Positions 18,245 through 28,146 of a DNA stretch of 64,000 bases are shown piece after piece (position 1 is the stretch's first letter; each line of letters starts with the position of its first letter). The notes under the pieces are model-generated. The model did no database searches. It was given only the letters and a program-made list of their open reading frames with translations, and had not been told where the DNA came from. The stretch lies in IMG/VR virus record IMGVR_UViG_3300035698_000810, positions 2,839-66,838 of that record. One strand, written 5' to 3'. This DNA is from a virus. Made by a program: the position numbers and the translations under genes.

Positions 18245-18943
18245 GTGGCGGCTTCTGGAATATATAACAGTACGGTTAACGTACAAGAAGTTGTAACCGA
18301 GGCGTGTTCTCGCGTCGGTATTGGCTGGACCGACCAAAATCACCACATACTTAAAGAAGCCCGCACGTCTCTGAACCTGATGTTCGTTGACTGGGCTAAC
18401 GACGAAATTAACCAGTGGGCTGTTGCGCAGCTATCAGGTATAGCACTTACAGCAACCACAGCTACATACGATCTTGAAACCGCATTCATAGACGTACTAG
18501 ACATTTCATTACGCCGTGATAGTAAAGAGTATCCCATGCATCGCATGAGTTACGACTACTACCAAGCTCTCACAAACAAATCTTCCCCAGGTCGCCCAAC
18601 ACACTATCACATATTACTATCACGCCAACCGCAGTTAATCACTTGGCCAGTTACAGATGTCGCAGGTGATACTATCCAGGGCTTTGGCATTAAGCAGTTT
18701 CAGCGTGTTACAGCTGGTAACCAAGATGCTGATATGCCTTACCGCTTTCAGGAAGCTGTGGCTGCTGGACTAGCAGCTAGATTAGCTCTGAAGAAGAAAG
18801 CTTTGACTGGTGTCGCTATTGAAATCGATATACTGCGTAAGCTAACTGCAGACGCAATGCGCTCTAAAGATAAGGCGGCGGGCGCTGATAGAGACCGGGG
18901 AGTTCTGAGGGTACAACCGTACGCGTACGGTAGGAGAGGCTAG
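18245..18943 (+). CDS. head-tail adaptor-like protein
   Basis: ARTSLNLMFVDWAN...NKSSPGRP...WPV...DMPYRF...AGLA; GTG start. Confidence 0.7.
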   Translation: MAASGIYNSTVNVQEVVTEACSRVGIGWTDQNHHILKEARTSLNLMFVDWANDEINQWAVAQLSGIALTATTATYDLETAFIDVLDISLRRDSKEYPMHRMSYDYYQALTNKSSPGRPTHYHILLSRQPQLITWPVTDVAGDTIQGFGIKQFQRVTAGNQDADMPYRFQEAVAAGLAARLALKKKALTGVAIEIDILRKLTADAMRSKDKAAGADRDRGVLRVQPYAYGRRG

Positions 18944-19482
18944 TGCCCACATATTCATCAGGCAAACACTCATTCAGAGAATGCAAGTGTGGGTATAAGG
19001 TACCGTATGACACGGTTACATTGGAGCCGCAGACAGGCACATACGCGTGCGCTGGATGCTGGGACCCAGACTTCCGCAAGCGTCGCAAGGTACCAGTAGA
19101 CAGTACAGCTCTACGTAACCCACGCCCACAGAATGATGTAGAGAATAAGACAGTTACGCCTCGCCGCGTGAACCCTGAGACTGGTGAGCGATATTTGTTA
19201 GCCTTCAATATGTCCTCCTATCTTGGCTGTTGCATCGCTATCAACTCCGTGGCAATCGAAGAGAGCCAGGTCGCGACGATGTCATTAGGTCAACAGCTTG
19301 TTCTTCCTGGTTATGTTATTGCGAACCAGGCACCGGGTATAACTAGCGCACTAGGCACTATAGCAGCGGTAGACTCTGCTAATCCAGTAAGCACGCAGGT
19401 TATGACTATGAGCTTAGGTGAGGTTATTGTCGGTGGTTACAACAACTACGCGTTTAGCGAAGGTACGTGGGGTCACGCTTAG
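18943..19482 (+). CDS. virion-module protein with N-terminal Zn-finger-like Cys
   Basis: CKCG...CAGCWD...ALRNPRP. Confidence 0.6.
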   Translation: MPTYSSGKHSFRECKCGYKVPYDTVTLEPQTGTYACAGCWDPDFRKRRKVPVDSTALRNPRPQNDVENKTVTPRRVNPETGERYLLAFNMSSYLGCCIAINSVAIEESQVATMSLGQQLVLPGYVIANQAPGITSALGTIAAVDSANPVSTQVMTMSLGEVIVGGYNNYAFSEGTWGHA

Positions 19483-20091
19483 ATGGCGCAGTTTTCATAC
19501 ACATTCGATAGTCTTCAGACCGCAGTACAGAGCGAGTTAGAAGAAGACGATGCGGAGTTCGTAACGTATCTCGAAACTATTGCTATTCCTTCTGCTGAGA
19601 TGACAGTTGTTAAGGATCTTAATCTACGTATCTTTGATGCAGAGGTATCTGGCGCTGTTAACGGTCCACTCGAGGCTTACACAACACCCATGGTTGGTAT
19701 ACGCTGGTTCTATATAGTGGTCTCTGGTGTTAAGGTATTCTTAGATGAACGTTCAGAAGAGTGGCTGTTGGACTATGCGCCAGACGATAGTGTGCAGACT
19801 GAGCCTGTTTTCTTCGGAGTAGTTGACGAAACAAATATTAGGGTAGCACCCGCGCCTGCTCAATCGTACGACTACGTGTTTAAAACTATCGGTAGACCTG
19901 ATCCACTATCAGATGCCGCACCTAGTAACTGGATCTCACTTAATACACCCAATGCCCTGTTTTACCAAACGTGTCTGAAGGCGTTGGAGTTCTTTGATGA
20001 TGACCCGCGTCTTGTTGCGTACGCCGCTCAATATAAGAATCATTTATCCACAGACAAAAGGGACTCAGCCGGTTTTTCGGCCGATACATAG
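19483..20091 (+). CDS. adaptor/tail tubular A-like protein
   Basis: VAPAP...Y...NWIS..TPNALFY motifs. Confidence 0.65.
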   Translation: MAQFSYTFDSLQTAVQSELEEDDAEFVTYLETIAIPSAEMTVVKDLNLRIFDAEVSGAVNGPLEAYTTPMVGIRWFYIVVSGVKVFLDERSEEWLLDYAPDDSVQTEPVFFGVVDETNIRVAPAPAQSYDYVFKTIGRPDPLSDAAPSNWISLNTPNALFYQTCLKALEFFDDDPRLVAYAAQYKNHLSTDKRDSAGFSADT

Positions 20092-20102
20092 GAGAAGAAT
20101 AA

Positions 20103-20522
20103 ATGGCTATAACACAGGCGTTATGTAGTTCTTTTAAGACTGAACTCTTAGGCGGGATACATGACTTAGACACAGATACTATTAAGATGGCACTGTTCAC
20201 AAGTTCAGCTACGCTGGGTGCAGCTACTACTGCGTACGCAGTAACTAACGAAACAACAGGTACAGGGTATAGTGCTGGGGGTGAAACTGTAACTACCCCG
20301 GTTATCACACTGTCTGGTACTACGGCGTATTTCGACTTCGACGACGTGCCGTGGACATCTTCGACGTTTACATGTCGTGGTGCGCTGTTGTATAATTCAT
20401 CACAATCGAACGCAGCTATATGTGTTCTGGACTTTGGTTCAGACGTAGGTGTTAGTTCAGGTACATTTACAGTGCAATTACCAGCGCCCGGAGCTTCAAC
20501 AGCTCTCATACGGTTAGCTTAG
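20103..20522 (+). CDS. conserved tail-associated structural protein
   Basis: MAITQALCSSFKTELL...KMALFTS...GYSAGG...VLDFG. Confidence 0.7.
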   Translation: MAITQALCSSFKTELLGGIHDLDTDTIKMALFTSSATLGAATTAYAVTNETTGTGYSAGGETVTTPVITLSGTTAYFDFDDVPWTSSTFTCRGALLYNSSQSNAAICVLDFGSDVGVSSGTFTVQLPAPGASTALIRLA

Positions 20523-20533
20523 GAGTTCTTGCT

Positions 20534-21280
20534 ATGCCATCGACGTATACTACACGTTGGAATGTTGAGTTACAGGGTTCGGGAGAGAACGACGGCGCTT
20601 GGGGAACTAAGCTCAATGCAGTAATCTCACAGACTGAAGAAGCGGTAGACGGTTACTTAGCCAAGTCTGTTGCTGGTTCATCTAACGTAACACTCACAGC
20701 CACTGACGGTACAGCAGACGAGTCGCGCCAGCGTGTCTTAGACCTTACCGGTGCTTTAACCGACGACATCGACGTTCTTGTAGAAGATACAGAGCGCTGG
20801 TGGTTCGTTCATAACAACACCACTGGCAATTTCGACATTACGTTTAAACCAACAGGTGGTACTGGTGTGGTACTGCCCCGCGGTACAGTCATGCTAGTAC
20901 AGACACGTGGTGATACTACGGCGCGCCGCATAGGTGAACCAGCTTACATCACAAGGGATAATGCTCTTGGTACGATTGGCGGATCAAACAACGTTGACTT
21001 AGCTCTCGGTGATGCTATTACAGCAACTGCATCCAGCAACCTAACACTGATCTTTGGTACAAGCAATAGTTACTGGCAATCTGGTTTATTCCAAGCTTGG
21101 AAGATTTCGGTAGCTATATCAACGTATTCACTAACGCTTGAGCGATCTTCAGGCAACGCAGTTGATTGGGGCTCAGTCGGAACCCCTAGTTTCACAGCTA
21201 GTAAAACTGTTGAGGTCATATTCTGGACCAATGACGAGGGTGCTACAGTAAAAGCCTCGCACCAAGGGGACTATGATTAG
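20534..21280 (+). CDS. tail fibre/adaptor protein
   Basis: MPSTYT...GENDGAWG..N; LTGALT; VHNNTTG. Confidence 0.65.
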   Translation: MPSTYTTRWNVELQGSGENDGAWGTKLNAVISQTEEAVDGYLAKSVAGSSNVTLTATDGTADESRQRVLDLTGALTDDIDVLVEDTERWWFVHNNTTGNFDITFKPTGGTGVVLPRGTVMLVQTRGDTTARRIGEPAYITRDNALGTIGGSNNVDLALGDAITATASSNLTLIFGTSNSYWQSGLFQAWKISVAISTYSLTLERSSGNAVDWGSVGTPSFTASKTVEVIFWTNDEGATVKASHQGDYD

Positions 21281-23259
21281 TGAAGATATCAGGCCTCATA
21301 CCCGCTAGTGGTGGACCAGCAGAAGCTACAGATGCGCTCTTTAATAAAGTTATGTTGCTGCTGAAGGCTTCCGGCAACGACGGTGCGGATAATAGCACGT
21401 TTACGGATAGCAGTACTGGTGCTCATACGGTTACAGCGTCCGGCAATAGTCACCAAGGAAGTTTTAGCCCGTTCCAGCCTAACGGTTGGGGCATACACAC
21501 AGGCGATAACCACAACGGAAACTATGCTTCGTGCACGCTAGGTACGACAATCGGTACGGGCGACTTTACGCTTGAGTTTTGGTTCAAGAAGGAAATCGGA
21601 CATGCTTCGTACATTCTACCAATTGGAATGGATGCGGGTTACGTTGGCGTCATTGATGACGAGTTTGTATGGAACTTCGATGCTTTAGAGAAGCGCGTTA
21701 CTATAACCAATGGTAGGCCAGACGACGGAGTTTGGTATCACTATGTTATGCAGCGTGTATCGGGCACAATCTATGTGGGTATTGACGGCGTGCAGCAGGG
21801 TAACGTTGCACACGCAGCGTCAATAGGTACATCTTTCGGAATTAACCTGTACAACACAGGCGAATTTGCTGATGTAGGAATACTTAGTAATGTCCGGTTA
21901 ACCACTACAACCGTCTACGGTACTTCGAGCTATACTGTGCCGACAACAGCGTTAACTGCCATAACAAACACGCTGGTATTGTGCTGCCAGTCAAGCCGTT
22001 TGATGGATGAAAGCTCAAATGCCCTGGCGTTTACTATTGCAGGTGAGTTACCTGTTGTCGCGGGCGGACCTTTTCTGTCAACAGTTTCTTACAATCCTGC
22101 GGTACACGGCGGGTCTGTAACGCTCGATGGTACGGGCGACTACTTATCAATGTCAGACCACGCCAACTTCACGCAAGATGATGACTATACGTTTGACGCC
22201 TGGGTTTACCCTACGGCTGCGGGCGGTTCTGGTGGGACTTCTCATTCTGTTTATTCACACCACCTTGGTACAGGCAATCAAAGAAGTTTCAATGTTCGGC
22301 AGGAGTCCGGGATTTGGTATGTTGCGCTGTCAACCAATGGTACAGCGCAGACTGATTTGGATGGAACAAGCACTCCGGTTCTAGACGCTTGGACTCACCT
22401 TCGGGTCACGTTTGACGGAACAACTCATAGGCTGTGGGTCAACGGAGTTCACGAAGGTAGCGCGGTACTAGGCTCTTTGCATAACTCAACGGAAGATGCC
22501 TACATCGGTGGTGGTGGTGGTGTAGATGCTTTCCAAGGTGACATTGGTGAGGTACATTTAATTGTAGGCACTGCGCTGAGTACAGGTTCTGGAGATATTA
22601 CTGTACCTACAGCCCCCGCAACTATACACGCAAATACGAAGCTGCTTGTGCGTATGGCCGGTGCAGGAATTTGGGATGCAACTTGTAGGTCCAACATCAC
22701 TCTCGCGGGTAATGCACAAGTAGACACAGCTCAGATACTTTATGATGATGGTTCGTTACTTATAGATGGTGCAGCTGATTACGCACTGACAGGCGCGAGT
22801 AATGCCTTACCAATCCGTGCACAGGACTTTACTATTGAGTGTATTATTCGGCCAATTACTATCGACGGAGCTGCGGGGCAAGGTATCGTAGAGATGCGAG
22901 ACGCCTCAAATACATCGGCACCTTTGCTGTATTGTGCTGGTGCTCCTATAACTCTACATGCTGCGGCTGCGACACGGATTACCGGAGCAAGTTTAATTGC
23001 AGGTACTCGGTATCATATTGCTGTTTGTCGATCTGGTGGCACAACAAAGATGTTCCTTGATGGGACACAAACTGGATCAGATTACACAGACGCTAACGTA
23101 TATACTATCAGAGCTGACGCGATACAGATCGGCGATCTATACGCAGGGAGCAGCGAGATGGAGGCTAACATCGAAGCCATACGTGTGACGTACGCAGCTA
23201 GGTACACGACTACCTTCACTCCTCCCGACACATTCCTACCAACTAGAGGAGCAGAATAA
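21280..23259 (+). CDS. tail fibre/receptor-binding protein with three LamG/ConA-like domains
   Basis: Three repeats of DFT(L/I)E.W...W.H....R.G......DG (DFTLEFW, DYTFDAW, DFTIECI); ends ARYTTTFTPP. Confidence 0.8.
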   Translation: MKISGLIPASGGPAEATDALFNKVMLLLKASGNDGADNSTFTDSSTGAHTVTASGNSHQGSFSPFQPNGWGIHTGDNHNGNYASCTLGTTIGTGDFTLEFWFKKEIGHASYILPIGMDAGYVGVIDDEFVWNFDALEKRVTITNGRPDDGVWYHYVMQRVSGTIYVGIDGVQQGNVAHAASIGTSFGINLYNTGEFADVGILSNVRLTTTTVYGTSSYTVPTTALTAITNTLVLCCQSSRLMDESSNALAFTIAGELPVVAGGPFLSTVSYNPAVHGGSVTLDGTGDYLSMSDHANFTQDDDYTFDAWVYPTAAGGSGGTSHSVYSHHLGTGNQRSFNVRQESGIWYVALSTNGTAQTDLDGTSTPVLDAWTHLRVTFDGTTHRLWVNGVHEGSAVLGSLHNSTEDAYIGGGGGVDAFQGDIGEVHLIVGTALSTGSGDITVPTAPATIHANTKLLVRMAGAGIWDATCRSNITLAGNAQVDTAQILYDDGSLLIDGAADYALTGASNALPIRAQDFTIECIIRPITIDGAAGQGIVEMRDASNTSAPLLYCAGAPITLHAAAATRITGASLIAGTRYHIAVCRSGGTTKMFLDGTQTGSDYTDANVYTIRADAIQIGDLYAGSSEMEANIEAIRVTYAARYTTTFTPPDTFLPTRGAE

Positions 23260-23915
23260 TGACAAACATATTGAAGTCTACTAGATTAGCGACTGTATCG
23301 GACGGTGAAATAGCCTCTATCGGACCGTTTAGTACTTTGTATCCTACTCAACCCCTTCCTGTTAACGAAGCGTGGCTATCCGAACACAGCGCTTATGTAG
23401 TTAAGAATCCTCCGTATGACCGGGTTACGCAGAGTACTGATGGTATAGCTTTGTATGATAGTGTGCTAGACACTGTGTTAAGTGGTACTGTTAGTAACAA
23501 GTCTGACGCTGTTCAGGTTAGTGCTGTTCGCCTGCATAAAATGAACACTATACGCACTAAAAAGACTTTTCTGCAGAATTATAAGCTACGGTTTGAAGGT
23601 ATCATATACGAAATAGACCCAGACTCCAAAGCCCTAGTTAATAACGCAATTACTCTGAATGGTCAGGTTGGTTCACCAGGTGGCACGCACGGAGGCGGTT
23701 GGCAGCCAGCTGATAGTGCAGCTAATCCTACTCCTATGACTGATGCACAACTAATTGCGTTTGGCTTGGCAATAGGTGCTTATGTTGTGGCATGTTTCAA
23801 ACATAAGCTCTTACTGAAAGCTCAGTTAAACGCAGCAACAACTTTAACAGAGATCAATGCTATAGATGTTCAGGCTGGATGGCCTGATAACGGAGTCCCA
23901 GATACAGGTATCTAG
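23259..23915 (+). CDS. tail-fibre-associated protein (DUF4376-like C-terminus)
   Basis: W..AD....PMT..QLIAFG..IGAYVVACF.....LKAQLNAA...I...W. Confidence 0.65.
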   Translation: MTNILKSTRLATVSDGEIASIGPFSTLYPTQPLPVNEAWLSEHSAYVVKNPPYDRVTQSTDGIALYDSVLDTVLSGTVSNKSDAVQVSAVRLHKMNTIRTKKTFLQNYKLRFEGIIYEIDPDSKALVNNAITLNGQVGSPGGTHGGGWQPADSAANPTPMTDAQLIAFGLAIGAYVVACFKHKLLLKAQLNAATTLTEINAIDVQAGWPDNGVPDTGI

Positions 23916-25772
23916 ATGTCTGATCAAACCGAGCGCAAGCCAAGAGTTCAAGAGGATGTAGACCTGGTATTACTACCGGGTTTCTATACCGAAGGCGCAG
24001 ATAACCAAATCTCGTCTAGGTACAAGGACGGAGATAGAGTTCGGTTTAAGAACAGGCTACCTGAGAAGATGGGTGGCTGGCTCCAGAGTGCTCTTGACGC
24101 GGTTATGGTGGGCGCTGCACGTGCGTTACTACCTTGGGCAAGCAACTCGTTCGAGAAGTTTTTAGCTGTTGGTACGAACACCAAGTACTACCGTATAGCA
24201 GGTCTGAGTACCGTAACAGACATTACACCGTACATGAAGGCTACCTCTGATTACGCGGGTGGCTTAACAGCGTTAACTAATCCGTTCGCCATGACTAGTG
24301 GCTCAGCTATAGTTACTGTGACGCATACAGCTCATGGAACAACTGTGGGATCAAGGGTTTGGTATGGCAATGTAGATGCAGGTGGTGGTATAACTATAGA
24401 CGGTGGATACGACGTTACTACGTTGGTGAATGCTAACACGTTTAAGATCACACATAGCTCTGCAGCTAGTAGCACGGACGCATCTGTAGGTGGAGCTGCA
24501 GTAGAGTTTGGCTACGAGGTGCCTATTGGTGGTTCTCAAGCTACCGCGGGTTTAGGCTACAACGCAGGTACCTGGAACGATTCAACCTGGAACACCCCGC
24601 GCACAACGTCAGCTATACTGTTTGATCTACGCACACACTCTTTATCTACGTGGGGAGAAGACGTAGTCATCAACCCAAGAAACGAAGGGCTGTATTACTA
24701 CGACGTATCAGCCCACCCGGCCAGACCCCAGGTTATCACTAATTCACCGGCGGTTGTAGGCTTTTCATACGTATCGCCCTTCATCCAGATATTAGTCGCG
24801 TGTGCCTGTACAACTAGCGGCGCACAAGATAAGCTATACATGCAGTGGTGTGATGAAGCTGACTATACTGATTGGACTGCGACTGACGATAACTACTCAG
24901 CTGACTTCAGATTTCCTATAGGGTCTGAGTTACTTGCAGCCATCCACACTGAGCGTGAGACTCTTGTGTTTACTGATAGTTCAGTCTATCGTCAGACCTT
25001 CATTGGACTTCCTTACGTATTCTCTAATTTCTTATTAGATGCTGAGATTGGTATCATTGGACCCAACGCAGGTATATCTATTTCAGGTGTTATATACTTC
25101 ATGGGCCGGGATCAGTTCTATGTCTATGATGGTACGTTGCAAACCATGAACTGCGATATCTGGTCTAAGGTATTTGAAGATATTAACTATGAACAGAAGT
25201 CAGGTATAGCTTGCGGGTTGAATAAAGCTAACAATGAGGTGTGGTGGCACTACTGTTCAGAAGCCGCGCAACTTAACGATCGGTATGCTATCTATAACTA
25301 CCAGGAAAAGGTGTGGTACTATGGCTCGCTTAATAGAACGGCCTGGGCAGACACCAGCATATATGCTTCCCCGTACGCGGTGTGTACTAACGGTTTCTTA
25401 TGGACGCACGAAGTTGGCTTCAACGACGGTGTTACAGCCATGGGTGAATACCTAGAGACATATGATTTCCGCCTAAGTAAGGGACAGCACAACATGCTGT
25501 TCAGGAAGCTAATACCTAACTTTGCTATAGATAAGCAGACTAAAGAACCACACATCGTGGGTGACTTATCCGTGTACGTACGCGGTAAGAAGTATCCAAA
25601 CTCCGCGCAAGTTTCCAAAGGTCCGTTTACTATTAACTCGACAGTCGTTAAAATTAATCCAAGACTTAGAGCACGACAAGCTTCATTACGTTTCGAAGGT
25701 GATACAGCACTAGATGGTGATTGGCGCATGGATAGCCCTGGTATCGAAGTAAGACAGTCGGGTAAGAGATGA
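23916..25772 (+). CDS. tail nozzle/tubular protein B (beta-propeller head-closure type)
   Basis: VRFKNRLPEKMGGW, WGEDV, F.YDG, NEVWW.Y, RLRARQ; small VTVTHTAHG...TFKIT insert. Confidence 0.8.
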   Translation: MSDQTERKPRVQEDVDLVLLPGFYTEGADNQISSRYKDGDRVRFKNRLPEKMGGWLQSALDAVMVGAARALLPWASNSFEKFLAVGTNTKYYRIAGLSTVTDITPYMKATSDYAGGLTALTNPFAMTSGSAIVTVTHTAHGTTVGSRVWYGNVDAGGGITIDGGYDVTTLVNANTFKITHSSAASSTDASVGGAAVEFGYEVPIGGSQATAGLGYNAGTWNDSTWNTPRTTSAILFDLRTHSLSTWGEDVVINPRNEGLYYYDVSAHPARPQVITNSPAVVGFSYVSPFIQILVACACTTSGAQDKLYMQWCDEADYTDWTATDDNYSADFRFPIGSELLAAIHTERETLVFTDSSVYRQTFIGLPYVFSNFLLDAEIGIIGPNAGISISGVIYFMGRDQFYVYDGTLQTMNCDIWSKVFEDINYEQKSGIACGLNKANNEVWWHYCSEAAQLNDRYAIYNYQEKVWYYGSLNRTAWADTSIYASPYAVCTNGFLWTHEVGFNDGVTAMGEYLETYDFRLSKGQHNMLFRKLIPNFAIDKQTKEPHIVGDLSVYVRGKKYPNSAQVSKGPFTINSTVVKINPRLRARQASLRFEGDTALDGDWRMDSPGIEVRQSGKR

Positions 25773-26044
25773 CCCATCCGATAGGTGTCCCGGTATTTAA
25801 GCTACCTACGTTTTTAGCTGATGATGATCCAGATATGACGGCTAGGAAACTCAACCAAGCCATGGCTGCACTCACAGATATGATGAACCACCAGCGTCAG
25901 CCCGCTAGTGTGGGATGGAGTATTACAAACGTTACACAGGATAGAACATTGCCTAACCCTGCTTCAATAACTAATACGCAGCTTGGTGATATCCTTGGTA
26001 CACTTATTACAGACCTACTAGCTACTGGAAAGCTTCACGCATGA
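25769..26044 (+). CDS. hypothetical tail protein
   Basis: 91 aa, ATGA-coupled; LGTLITDL. Confidence 0.65.
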   Translation: MTHPIGVPVFKLPTFLADDDPDMTARKLNQAMAALTDMMNHQRQPASVGWSITNVTQDRTLPNPASITNTQLGDILGTLITDLLATGKLHA

Positions 26045-26424
26045 GTGGTTTACCTACAGCCCAGAGCATAGATAACAACGCGCGCGTGTCTCCAAAGATG
26101 GAGAGTCACTTCGATTATTCGAAACCCCAGAATGAGTATGAGGGTGACTATAAGACTTATGGCGAACGCGGTGGCCACACCTTCTTTCAGAAGCGTGAGA
26201 ACCGTTCTACGCCCAACGGTATTAAGAATCCGGTAGAGGTTAATCCAGGTGATTTACCAAACGATTACGGCCCTAACAATCCGCCGCAGTATGATCCGAA
26301 TAATCCACAGGAGTGGTTGGACTGGTACGCTACGTATGGTAGTCAAGGTGGTGGTACAGGTGGATTAGGCCTTGGTGCAGACTTCTACGACCAGTTTGGA
26401 TTGGGGCTTAACGGATACTACTAA
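26041..26424 (+). CDS. hypothetical protein
   Basis: 127 aa, ATGA-coupled, low complexity. Confidence 0.6.
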   Translation: MSGLPTAQSIDNNARVSPKMESHFDYSKPQNEYEGDYKTYGERGGHTFFQKRENRSTPNGIKNPVEVNPGDLPNDYGPNNPPQYDPNNPQEWLDWYATYGSQGGGTGGLGLGADFYDQFGLGLNGYY

Positions 26425-26438
26425 CAGAGGAACAGAGC

Positions 26439-26924
26439 ATGCCAGAGCAAGACACAGAGCAAGACAACACGCTAGAAATACGATACGCAGGTGTAGCGGA
26501 TATACCAAAGATTTACAGGCTGATTGAGCATCTACATAGTGAAACAGGAGACATTAATCTACCCGAGATTGAGGCGCACGTACTAGCCCCATTCATAACC
26601 AACATAGTAGTTAAATGCTTTTGTCTGGTTGCAGTATTCGATGGAATTGTTATAGGTTCGATCGGTATAATGAACAATGGGTGTTACTGGTCTGGTAAGC
26701 CTTTTATGCAGGATGCGTGGTTCTACGTTCATAAGGACTACAGAAAAACTCTTGCTGCTGGTAGAATGTACGTTGAAGCTATTAAGTATGTGGATGAAAA
26801 CAACGCGCCGTTTAGGTTCTCAGTAGGTACTGGGCTTAATACGGAAGAGATGAATACAATGTTAACTAAGCGCGGCTTCGTCAATCTAGGCGGAACGTAT
26901 TGGAGACCGGCAGCTAATGTGTAA
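26439..26924 (+). CDS. GNAT-family acetyltransferase-like protein
   Basis: IRYAGVADI...LVAVFDGIVIG...WFYVHKDYRKT..AGRM...RGF. Confidence 0.75.
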   Translation: MPEQDTEQDNTLEIRYAGVADIPKIYRLIEHLHSETGDINLPEIEAHVLAPFITNIVVKCFCLVAVFDGIVIGSIGIMNNGCYWSGKPFMQDAWFYVHKDYRKTLAAGRMYVEAIKYVDENNAPFRFSVGTGLNTEEMNTMLTKRGFVNLGGTYWRPAANV

Positions 26925-28137
26925 TTTCTTTGGATTGTTCGGCGGTGGTGATGACGTGGAACAAGTGACAAGTAACACTGTGACAGAGATACCTGATTGG
27001 GTTCAGGGTCCTGCTCAAAACGCATTTGACATTGCTACAAACATTGCTGAACAGGAATACACACCATACAGCGGACCGCGTGTTGCTGGTCTAACTGACA
27101 ATCAGAACACTGCAAATGATATGGCTGCTTCTGGCGCTGGTCAGCACACCGGAGCTATGACTGATGCTATCGCGCAGACGCAAGCTATGGGCGAACGCTC
27201 CTTCGGTGCTTACAAAGCTGGTGACGCGTTCGGCGGATTTGATGGTGAGTTTAACTTCAGTGAAGCTGGCTACGGTAGCGAGTACTCTGCAGATCGCGTA
27301 GGTGATGCCACCAAGTGGAACACGCAGAACGCCAACGAGTACTTCAACCCCTTTGTTAACACACAGCTGAAATACCAGAACGACGAACTGATGAGACGCT
27401 CTAATCAGATGCGTAGTAAGATCGCGGGTAACGCGGCCTTGTCTGGGGGTTATGGTGGATCGCGGCACGGTATTGTAGAGTCTGAACATGACCGCAATAC
27501 TTTCGATACAGTTGCACGTAACACTTCAGACACCCTAGCTAAGGCGTATGATACAGCTTACGGTCAGTACGCTGGTGATGAAGACAGGCGCATCGGCGTT
27601 GAGACTACTAACCAAGGTGCAATGGCGCAGCAGTTCAAACTCAACACAGATCAGTACAACTCTGAGAATGCGCGCCGGCTTGCAGCTGAAGAGAGCAGAT
27701 CGAAGTTCTCACTTGACGCGTTCAACGCTAGTGCTGATCAGCATAACGCAGACAATGCGTACTCGCTTGATGCGTACAATACTAACGTTGATCAGTTCAA
27801 CGAAGAGACTCAGTTCGGTCTTGACTCAGCTGCACAGGTTGGTACCCTGGGTGTGACGCAGGGTAACCTAGATCAGCAGGACCTTAACAACCTGCTTACC
27901 ACTGGTCAGAACCAACAGGGTGTAGATCAAGCTAACTTAGACGTAGCATACTCAGACTTCGTTGATGAGCGTGACTGGGATACGCGCGGCTTAGACGCAT
28001 ACCTACGTGCACTAAGCGGAACGCCATATCCAACTTCAACCACGCAGACTGGCGAAGTACTTACACAGAATCCATCCGTCGGTGGTCAAGTTGCTGGTGC
28101 AGCTTTGAGTGCGTACGGTTCCGGACTTATAGGTTAG
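26917..28137 (+). CDS. internal virion (ejection) protein 1
   Basis: IPDWV, YTPYSGPRVAGLT, YFNPF, GGYGGSR; Gly/Ala-rich C-terminus. Confidence 0.75.
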   Translation: MCNFFGLFGGGDDVEQVTSNTVTEIPDWVQGPAQNAFDIATNIAEQEYTPYSGPRVAGLTDNQNTANDMAASGAGQHTGAMTDAIAQTQAMGERSFGAYKAGDAFGGFDGEFNFSEAGYGSEYSADRVGDATKWNTQNANEYFNPFVNTQLKYQNDELMRRSNQMRSKIAGNAALSGGYGGSRHGIVESEHDRNTFDTVARNTSDTLAKAYDTAYGQYAGDEDRRIGVETTNQGAMAQQFKLNTDQYNSENARRLAAEESRSKFSLDAFNASADQHNADNAYSLDAYNTNVDQFNEETQFGLDSAAQVGTLGVTQGNLDQQDLNNLLTTGQNQQGVDQANLDVAYSDFVDERDWDTRGLDAYLRALSGTPYPTSTTQTGEVLTQNPSVGGQVAGAALSAYGSGLIG

Positions 28138-28146
28138 GGATAGATT

